Source: Ilumatobacteraceae bacterium
GTDB taxonomy: Bacteria > Actinomycetota > Acidimicrobiia > Acidimicrobiales > Ilumatobacteraceae
Assembly: GCA_963744705.1 (NCBI GenBank)
Contig: CAVUUX010000003.1
Span: 194,706 to 258,705, forward strand
Direction of reading: 5' to 3'
DNA length: 64,000 nt
Shown here: piece by piece, positions 57,647 to 64,000 of the stretch
Layout of the letters: each line of letters starts with the position of its first letter
Numbering within the stretch: the stretch's first letter is position 1
The notes under the pieces: model-generated
Databases searched by the model: none
Told to the model about the DNA's origin: nothing
What the model saw: the letters and a program-made list of their open reading frames with translations, nothing else
Translations under genes and position numbers: made by a program

Positions 57647-58090
57647 GTGCGTCTCTCCGCCGATCCGTCGAGGTCACCCGATGCCTACGAGTTCCATCAC
57701 GACATCCGTGTCCGCTTCGTCGAGACCGATGCGATGGGCATCGTGCACCACAGCAACTACCTGCACTACTTCGAGGAGACCCGCGTCGAGTACCTCCGAC
57801 ACGTCGGGCACCCGTTCACCGAGTGGCGCGAGGCCGGGCTGGAGTCGCCCGTGCTGGAGTCGTTCGTCCAGTACCGCCAGCCGATCGAGTTCGACGAGCT
57901 GATCACGGTGCACCTCTCGCTGGCCGACGTGACCCGGGCGACATTCCAGATGGCCTACCTGGTCACGGTCGACGACGCCGACGGCGTCGCCGGGGTTCGG
58001 GCGACGGGCGTGACCGTGCACGGATGCGTCACCACCGCCGGACGGCCGACGCGCCTGCCGGCGTGGCTCACCGCCATGGCACCGCGCTGA
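57647..58090 (+). CDS. Acyl-CoA thioesterase, 4HBT/YbgC-like hotdog fold
   Basis: HDIRVRFVETDAMGIVHHSNYLHYFEETRVEYLR. Intact. Confidence 0.82.
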   Translation: MRLSADPSRSPDAYEFHHDIRVRFVETDAMGIVHHSNYLHYFEETRVEYLRHVGHPFTEWREAGLESPVLESFVQYRQPIEFDELITVHLSLADVTRATFQMAYLVTVDDADGVAGVRATGVTVHGCVTTAGRPTRLPAWLTAMAPR

Positions 58091-58174
58091 CGAACCGACA
58101 CCCGGCACCGCGTCACGGTTCGGGGTGACGGTTCGGGTCGTTGCACGGTGAGAGGGGTCGGTACGTTCTTGGAC

Positions 58175-58586
58175 ATGGCTGACACTGCTGCTGCGACCCG
58201 CGTCCCGTTGGTCGACTACCTCGTGCTCGACGACGGCGATCCCCATCTGGTGGCTCACGAGTGCACGAACTGCGGGGCCCGATTCTTCGACCGTCGCAAT
58301 GCCTGCGCCTCGTGTTTCCGCACCGAGTTCCGCACGGTCGACATCGCGACCGAGGGCGTCCTGCGCACGTTCACGATCGTGGCCTTCGCTGCGCCCGGCG
58401 TCGAGGTGCCGTTCGTCTCCGGAGTGATCGACTGCGACGGCACGAGCGTGCGGGGCAACCTGCGCAACGTCGAGCCCGACGCCGATCACGTCCACACCGG
58501 CATGAGGGTCAAACTCGACCACGTACTCGCTCGGCACCGACGACCACGGCACCGAAGCCATCGGCTTCGCCTTCGAACCGATCTGA
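58175..58586 (+). pseudogene. DUF35 OB-fold/zinc-ribbon protein (thiolase-associated); one frame break
   Basis: ATG 58175 gives MADTAAATRVPLVDYLVLDDGDPHLVAHECTNCGARFFDRRNACASCF...GVLRTFTIV...VSGVIDCDG...TGMRVKL. A break near 58515 is followed by TTYSLGTDDHGTEAIGFAFEPI, with the stop at 58584-58586. Confidence 0.8.
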
Positions 58587-58620
58587 CCCGCCCCGCCCGC
58601 CCCGACCCGCCCACCACACT

Positions 58621-58670
58621 GTTTGCGTGACGGTTCGGTTGGGCCAGGCCAACCGAACTGCAACGCAAAC
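58621..58670 (+). other. 50-nt nested hairpin between the DUF35 and thiolase cistrons (GTTTGCGT..GGTTCGGTTGG..CCAACCGAAC..ACGCAAAC)
   Basis: An outer 8-bp stem and an inner stem of about 10 bp. It lies in the 139-nt intercistronic gap, which also contains a C-rich run CCCGCCCCGCCCGCCCCGACCCGCCC. Confidence 0.5.
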
Positions 58671-58725
58671 ACCGAAGAGCGCACACACCGAAGAACCGCG
58701 ACGACCACCTGAACGGAGCACCGAG

Positions 58726-59935
58726 ATGAGCACCAACGACGAGATCTGGATCCTCGGGATCAACATGACCAAGTTCGGCAAGCACACCGATCGCGACGTC
58801 GTCGACCTCGCATCGGAGGCCGTCATGGCCGCGTTCGCCGACGCCGGGGTGACCATGGGCGACATGGGCGTGATGGCCGCGGGCAACCTCATGGGGTCGG
58901 GCGGCATCGGCCAGCAGATCCAGAAGCAGGTCGGCCAGACGGGCATCCCGGTCTACAACGTGTCGAACGCGTGCGCCACGGGCGCCACGGCGCTGCGGAC
59001 GGCGATCATGTCGATCAAGGCGGGCGAGTCCGACATGGGCCTGGCGGTCGGCGTCGAGAAGCTCGCCGGGGTCGGCCTGCTCGGCGGCGGCGGTCGCGCG
59101 AAGAAGGACGGGAACGAGTGGGAGCCGCAGGGCCGCTTCGGCGCCGTCACGTCCACCGACGGTCGCATCGGTACCGACACGATGCCGGGCGTGTTCGCCC
59201 AGGTCGGCATGGAGTACGGCCACAAGTACGGCGGCGCCGACTTCGAGCTGTTCGCCAGGATCTCCGAGAAGAACCACGCCCACTCGACGCTCAACCCGTT
59301 GGCGGCGTACTCGAAGCGCTTCACGCTCGAGGAGATCATGGGCGACATGATGATCGCCTACCCGAACACCCGGCCCGATGTGCTCGGCCAACTGCGACGG
59401 GGCAGCGGCAGCGGTCGTCGTGAGCGGCGAGAAGCTCAAGACGCTGTCACTCGAGCAGCAGCGACGGGCGGTGAAGGTGTCGGCTTCGGTCCTCACCTCC
59501 GACCCGTGGCAGGAGGCGTGCCAGGTGCTCCCCGACGTCAACACCCTGACCCGCAATGCGGCGAAGATCGCCTACGAGCAGGCCGGTATCGGGCCGGAGG
59601 ATCTCGATCTCGTCGAGCTCCACGACTGCTTCGCCACCGCCGAGTTGGTGCACTACGACAACCTCGGTCTGTGCGAGGAGGGCGGCGCCGTCGACTTCTT
59701 CAACTCGGGCGCACCGTGGCGCGACGGTTCACTCCCGGTCAACGTGTCGGGCGGACTCCAGTCGAAGGGCCACCCGATCTCGGCGACCGGCATCGCCAAC
59801 ATCTGGGAGATCTGCCATCACCTGCGCGGTGAGGCCGGCGACCGTCAGATCGAAGGTGCCAAGGTGGGCCTCGCCCACGTGATCGGCCTCGGATCGGCCT
59901 GCGGCATCCACATCCTCGAGAAGTCCGCCACCTGA
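58726..59935 (+). pseudogene. Thiolase-like lipid-transfer protein (SCP-x type, non-condensing thiolase); one frame break
   Basis: ATG 58726 gives MSTNDEIWILGINMTKFGKH...VYNVSNACATGATALRTA...GVEKL. A break near 59375 leads into ORF 59378..59935, which reads CSANCDGAAAAVVVS...VELHDCFATAEL...NVSGGLQSKGHPISATG. Confidence 0.85.
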
Positions 59936-59964
59936 AACGCTGGGGTCTGACCCCAGCGTTTCAG
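59931..59964. terminator. Second copy of the palindrome CTGAAACGCTGGGG-TCTGA-CCCCAGCGTTTCAG
   Basis: The 33-nt core is identical to that at 54317-54349. It lies between the convergent thiolase and USP genes, and both stop codons (TGA 59933-59935; reverse TGA 59963-59961) lie in the arms. Confidence 0.75.
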
Positions 59965-60422
59965 CGGTCGGCGGGCGGGACGACGACGACGGGGCGGTCG
60001 CAGTGATTCACGACGTGATGGCTCGTGCTGCCGAGCGCCCGCTCGTCGCTCACTCCACGCGAGCCGACCACGACGAACGACGCCTCGAGATCTCGACCGA
60101 GGTTCAACAGCACGTCGGCCGGGCTCCCGTACACGATCTCGGCACGCCAGCGCAGCGACGGATCGCCCTGCAGTGCCCGACACCACTCGGTGCGCAACAA
60201 CCGCTCGATGTCGTCGCGATGCCCCTCGGACGGTACGTGGCGTCCCTCGATCACCGTCATCAGTCCCAATGCGTGGTACACCACGAGATCCGCGTCGAAT
60301 GCTCGCGCGAGATCGGCGGCGAGGCCGAGCGCGCGCTGGGCGTTCGATGATCCGTCCACGCCGACCACCACCGGGCCCCGTCGAGCTTCGGGAAGCCCTG
60401 CGTCAGCGTCCTGGTTCGACAT
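59961..60422 (-). CDS. Universal stress protein (UspA family)
   Basis: ATG 60422 is preceded by GAAGGAGAC. The sequence reads PVVVGVDGSSNAQRALGLAADLA...VVGSRGVSDERALGSTSHHVVNHCDRPVVVVP. Intact. Confidence 0.85.
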   Translation of the reverse strand: MSNQDADAGLPEARRGPVVVGVDGSSNAQRALGLAADLARAFDADLVVYHALGLMTVIEGRHVPSEGHRDDIERLLRTEWCRALQGDPSLRWRAEIVYGSPADVLLNLGRDLEASFVVVGSRGVSDERALGSTSHHVVNHCDRPVVVVPPADR

Positions 60423-60485
60423 GAACGTCTCCTTCGTGCGCGTCGACGGCCGAACTGGCCGCTCCTCGATCCTAGAGTCGACAGC

Positions 60486-61862
60486 ATGATCACACTGGAG
60501 TTCCTCGGAGCAACCCGAACCGTCACGGGCAGTCGATTCCTCGTGCGAACCGATCAGGCGACCGTCCTGGTCGACGCCGGGCTCTTCCAGGGGACCAAGC
60601 GCGATCGCCTGGCGAACTGGGAGCGGTTCCCGGTCGACCCGACGACCATCGACGCCGTGGTCGTCACCCACGCCCACATCGACCACTCCGGCTGGCTTCC
60701 CGGCCTCGTGCGTGACGGCTATCGCGGACCGATCTTCGCAACGCGTCTGACGAGCGAACTCTCCGCGATCCTCCTGCCCGACTCGGCTCACATCCAAGAG
60801 GAACAGGCCCGGTTCGCCAACGAGCGGGGATTCTCCAAGCACCACCCGGCCCTCCCCCTCTACACGTCGGACGACGCCGCGGCCACCCTCCCCCTCTTCC
60901 GTTCCGTCGCCTTCGACACGCCGATCGAGGTGGCCGACGGCATCACCGCGCGGTTCACGCCCGCCGGCCACATCCTCGGATCGGCGAGCGTGCATCTCAC
61001 CATCGCCGAGGCCGCCGCGTCGACCGGCCGACCGGCCACCACCACCACGCTGTTGATCAGCGGCGACATCGGGCGCAGCGACCATCCGCTCGTGCCCGGG
61101 CCGTTCACACCGCCCGCGGCCGACACCGTGCTCGTCGAGTCGACCTACGGCGATTCGCTGCATCCCGCACCCGAGGACGAGGTCGACACGTTCGCCGAGT
61201 TCATCAACCGCACCGCACGCCGAGGCGGGATCATCCTGATCCCCGCCTTCGCGGTCGATCGCACGGAGGTACTGCTGACCGTGCTGCGCGAGCTGATGGC
61301 CGACGATCGGATCCCCCAGCTCCCGGTCTACGTCGACAGCCCGATGGCCCTGCGGGTGCTCGACATCTACCGCGCGGCCAATCCCGACGTCGACTTCGAT
61401 CCGGGCGGCGGCCTGCACGAGTGCCCGTCGGTCGAGGACTCCAAGGCGCTCAACGAGCTCAGTGCTCCGGCCATCATCATCTCCGCGTCGGGCATGGCCT
61501 CGGGTGGCCGCGTCCTGCACCACCTGGCCCGACTGTTGCCGAATCACCGCAACTCGGTGGTGCTCTGCGGCTTCCAGGCCGCCGGCACGCGTGGCCGGTC
61601 GCTGTCGGACGGCGCCCGCACGCTCAAGATGCTCGGCCGCTACGTCCCCGTACGCGCCGACGTCCTGACGTTGCGGTCGATGTCGGTGCACGCCGATGCC
61701 GACGGACTCGCCCGATGGGTCGCGTCACTGCCCAGCGTCCCGCGAACGGTGTTCGTGGTGCACGGTGAGCCCGATGCCAGCGAAGCGCTCGCGGAACGCC
61801 TCATCGACGACGGCGTCACCGCCGTGGTTCCGCACCAGTTCGAACGCGTCCGTCTCCCGTAG
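60486..61862 (+). CDS. MBL-fold metallo-hydrolase with beta-CASP / RNA-metabolising domain
   Basis: Intact 458 aa. It reads VVVTHAHIDHSGWLP (HxHxDH), ESTYG and SVHADADGL. Confidence 0.85.
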   Translation: MITLEFLGATRTVTGSRFLVRTDQATVLVDAGLFQGTKRDRLANWERFPVDPTTIDAVVVTHAHIDHSGWLPGLVRDGYRGPIFATRLTSELSAILLPDSAHIQEEQARFANERGFSKHHPALPLYTSDDAAATLPLFRSVAFDTPIEVADGITARFTPAGHILGSASVHLTIAEAAASTGRPATTTTLLISGDIGRSDHPLVPGPFTPPAADTVLVESTYGDSLHPAPEDEVDTFAEFINRTARRGGIILIPAFAVDRTEVLLTVLRELMADDRIPQLPVYVDSPMALRVLDIYRAANPDVDFDPGGGLHECPSVEDSKALNELSAPAIIISASGMASGGRVLHHLARLLPNHRNSVVLCGFQAAGTRGRSLSDGARTLKMLGRYVPVRADVLTLRSMSVHADADGLARWVASLPSVPRTVFVVHGEPDASEALAERLIDDGVTAVVPHQFERVRLP

Positions 61863-61919
61863 ACCCCGTTGCGCGTCGAGGGCCGATGACGTTCGACCCT
61901 TCACCACCACCGCCCGATC

Positions 61920-62474
61920 GTGTTGGATGGTTGCATGGACGAGAGACAGCAAGCCACCGAGATCCTCAGCGAGTCGGAGTGTTGGGAACTGCTCGGCGAG
62001 GCCGCCGTGGGTCGGCTCGCTGTCGACATCGCCGGCCAACCCGACATCTTCCCGATCAACTTCATCACGGACCACGGCGGCATCGTGTTCCGCAGCGCCG
62101 CCGGCACGAAGCTCGCCGGTGCCGTGCTGAACCGATTCGTGGCGTTCGAGATCGACGGCTACCAACCGGGCGACCGCACGGCGTGGAGCGTCGTGGTGAA
62201 GGGCCAGGCCCGGCCGATCGAACGGATGCAGGAGGTCTTCGACGCCGAGGATCTCCCTCTGTTCCCGTGGCTGGCCTGGGACAAGCCGAACTTCGTACGC
62301 ATCGACCCCATGGTCGTGACGGGCCGGCGGTATCACATCGTCGACTCGGCGGTGCCCGACGCGTCGATCGGGTGGACTCCCGTCGACGACGACGAGGACG
62401 CCGAACCACTCGCCGCGGAGCCGGTACCCGGCGCACCCTTCCACCCCGGCGCACCGAAGTTGCACGCGGACTGA
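61920..62474 (+). CDS. Pyridoxamine 5'-phosphate oxidase-family protein (Pyridox_ox_2 type)
   Basis: LSESECWELLGEAAVGRLAVDIAGQPDIFPINFITDHGGIVFRSAAGTKL...AWSVVVKGQA. Intact. The start may be ATG 61935. Confidence 0.75.
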   Translation: MLDGCMDERQQATEILSESECWELLGEAAVGRLAVDIAGQPDIFPINFITDHGGIVFRSAAGTKLAGAVLNRFVAFEIDGYQPGDRTAWSVVVKGQARPIERMQEVFDAEDLPLFPWLAWDKPNFVRIDPMVVTGRRYHIVDSAVPDASIGWTPVDDDEDAEPLAAEPVPGAPFHPGAPKLHAD

Positions 62475-62481
62475 GCGACGT

Positions 62482-63507
62482 TCAGCCCGACACCTGATTG
62501 TCGATCGGGCCGTCGGCGAACACCGACGTGATGTTGGCGAGGGTCGTCTCGGCGATCGCCGCCAGGGCCTCGCGCGTGAGGAATGCCTGGTGCGCGGTGA
62601 TCAACACGTTGGGGAACGTCAGGAGTCGGGCGAACACGTCGTCGTCGAGGATCTCCTGGCTGCGATCCTCGAAGAAGAGATCGGCCTCCTCTTCGTACAC
62701 GTCGAGGGCGAGCGAGCCGATCCGGCCGGACTTGAGCCCGTCGATCGCCGCCTGGGTGTCGATCAGGGCGCCGCGGCCAGTGTTGACCAACATCGGCGCG
62801 CGCCGCATCGCGGCCACGGCGTCGGCGTCGATCAGGTGGTGTGTGGCAGGCGTCAGCGGGCAGTTCAGCGTGATCAGGTCGCTCTCGGCGAGCAGCTGGT
62901 CGAGTTCGACGTACTCGATGCCGAGCTCGAGCAGGTGGTCGTCGTGGAACGGATCGACCGCCACGACCCGACAGCGCAGATGCCACAGGAGTCGTGCCAC
63001 GATGGCGCCGATCCGACCGGTCCCGACCACCCCGGCGGTCTTGCCGGCGAGATCGAATCCGACCAGGCCGTCGAGTGAGAAGTTGCCGTCGCGTACCCGG
63101 TTGTAGGCACGGTGGATCCGCCGGTTCAGTGCGAGGATCAGCGCCAGCGTGTGTTCGGCCACCGCATTGGGCGAGTACGCGGGGACGTGCACGACGGCGA
63201 TCCCGAGGCGCTGCGCAGTGGCGAGGTCGACGTTGTTGTACCCGGCGCACCGCAGTGCCACGCAGCGGACCCCCACCGAGTCCAGGGCCTCCAACACCGG
63301 GGCCGACACATCGTCGTTGACGAACACGCAGACGGCATCGGCGCCGACCGCGAGTTCGGCCGTGGAGGCATCCAGGCGGGCGTCGAGGTAGACCAACTCG
63401 TGCGCATGCCGGGCGTTCGCGGCATCGAAGCCCACACGGTCGTACGGCTTGGTCGAGAACACCCTGATCCGGGCCGCGGTCGGCTCCGTCGCGGTCGGCT
63501 CGGTCAC
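62482..63507 (-). CDS. D-isomer-specific 2-hydroxyacid dehydrogenase (D-lactate dehydrogenase-like)
   Basis: IRVFSTKPYD...YNNVDL...GVVGTGRIGAIVARLL...NTGRGALID...ITAHQAFLT. The ORF track start at 63564 adds a TEPT-repeat leader (TEPTVAEPIVTEPTATEPTAA) and would overlap the USP gene. GTG 63507 or a later start is more likely. Confidence 0.82.
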   Translation of the reverse strand: MTEPTATEPTAARIRVFSTKPYDRVGFDAANARHAHELVYLDARLDASTAELAVGADAVCVFVNDDVSAPVLEALDSVGVRCVALRCAGYNNVDLATAQRLGIAVVHVPAYSPNAVAEHTLALILALNRRIHRAYNRVRDGNFSLDGLVGFDLAGKTAGVVGTGRIGAIVARLLWHLRCRVVAVDPFHDDHLLELGIEYVELDQLLAESDLITLNCPLTPATHHLIDADAVAAMRRAPMLVNTGRGALIDTQAAIDGLKSGRIGSLALDVYEEEADLFFEDRSQEILDDDVFARLLTFPNVLITAHQAFLTREALAAIAETTLANITSVFADGPIDNQVSG

Positions 63508-63529
63508 GATCGGCTCAGCCACCGTCGGC

Positions 63530-64000
63530 TCAGTGGGGAACGACGACGACGGGGACGGAGGCAATCCTGCAGCACGGACGTGCTCACCGAACCCAGGAAC
63601 TCTGCTGCGATGAGGCCACGGCCTCGCGCCCCGACCACGACCAGGTCAGCCGACCGGGCTGCCTCGCCGAGTGCGTGACGGGGGGTGTCGAGCACGAACG
63701 ACCGTGCGGTGCGGTGATCGACGTCGACCGCATCGATGGCCGCGGTCAGCGCCCGTTCCTGTTCGGCGATCTCCTCGGGGAACTTCGCGCGCGTGTCGCG
63801 TTCTCCGAGCCACGGCGCCACCTCCATCGCCGCCACGACCTCGATGGTGTCCTCGGTGTCGGCGAAGTCGAGCGCCCACCGCAACGCCGCAGCGGCGTTG
63901 TCGCTGCCGTCGAAACCGACGACGATGCGCTCACTGGGCGGCGTCGTCCACCCGGGAGGAACGACGACGACCGGCGACGTCGAATGCGTCGCGCAGTAGC
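63530..64000 (-). pseudogene. Tandem-domain universal stress protein, C-terminal part (continues past window end); one frame break
   Basis: The reverse strand reads ...SPVVVVPPGWTTPPSERIVVGFDGSDNAAAALRWALDFA...ADLVVVGARGRGLIAAEFLGSVSTSVLQD. A break near 63560 is followed by SVPVVVVPH, with the stop at 63532-63530. Confidence 0.75.

Noticed and set aside
63508-63564. TEPT-repeat N-terminal extension of the D-lactate dehydrogenase-like gene
   Set aside because: It would overlap the 3' end of the convergent-frame USP gene by 35 nt and is low-complexity. An internal GTG (63507) or a later start gives a normal-length enzyme.
1-64000. Programmed ribosomal frameshifting or recoding as the explanation for the frame breaks
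   Set aside because: There are about 60 breaks in unrelated gene families, in both +1 and -1 directions. I saw no common slippery heptamer or downstream structure at the junctions I inspected. Sequence error or pseudogenisation is far more parsimonious.
1-64000. Mobile genetic elements, prophage, defence islands (R-M, TA, CBASS, etc.)
   Set aside because: I recognised no integrase, transposase, recombinase, phage structural gene, nuclease-helicase defence module or toxin-antitoxin pair. The only DNA-modification gene is the orphan methyltransferase. The short palindromic repeats carry no coding capacity.

Overview
Very G+C-rich chromosomal window of actinobacterial type, judged by gatCAB, lgt, an MsiK-like sugar ATPase, mycofactocin-type genes, a P450-ferredoxin pair and many SDR/acyl-CoA enzymes. 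It is densely packed with about 60 housekeeping and accessory-metabolism genes on both strands. I found no rRNA, tRNA, CRISPR array, transposase, integrase or obvious prophage. Three things stand out. (1) About half of the recognisable genes are broken by reading-frame shifts. I count roughly 60 breaks, clustered at 18-30 kb and 40.3-41 kb, while 12-16 kb, 41.7-48 kb and 53-58 kb are clean. The protein sequence stays family-typical on both sides of each break, so I read these as indel-type assembly errors or very recent pseudogenisation. Such genes are listed as merged 'pseudogene' features with approximate break positions. (2) A tightly coupled six-gene operon at 21.6-27.0 kb joins an ETF/ETF-quinone-oxidoreductase module (etfA-like, fixC, fixX, etfB-like) directly to mycofactocin-type maturation genes (creatininase-family MftE-like and MftF-like glycosyltransferase). 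No mftA/B/C/D is present in the window. This is the best candidate for an undescribed system. (3) Several families of intergenic palindromic repeats occur, including an exact 33-nt palindrome present twice that supplies the stop codons of both convergent genes. Other notable items are a ResA-like thioredoxin-fold gene with an in-frame TGA at the redox-motif position (W-A-S-W-TGA-G-C, candidate selenoprotein), an orphan beta-class DNA methyltransferase with an uncharacterised C-terminal domain, and a citrate-synthase paralogue fused to an HTH domain. All calls rest on by-eye motif recognition in the ORF track and sequence. No database search was run.
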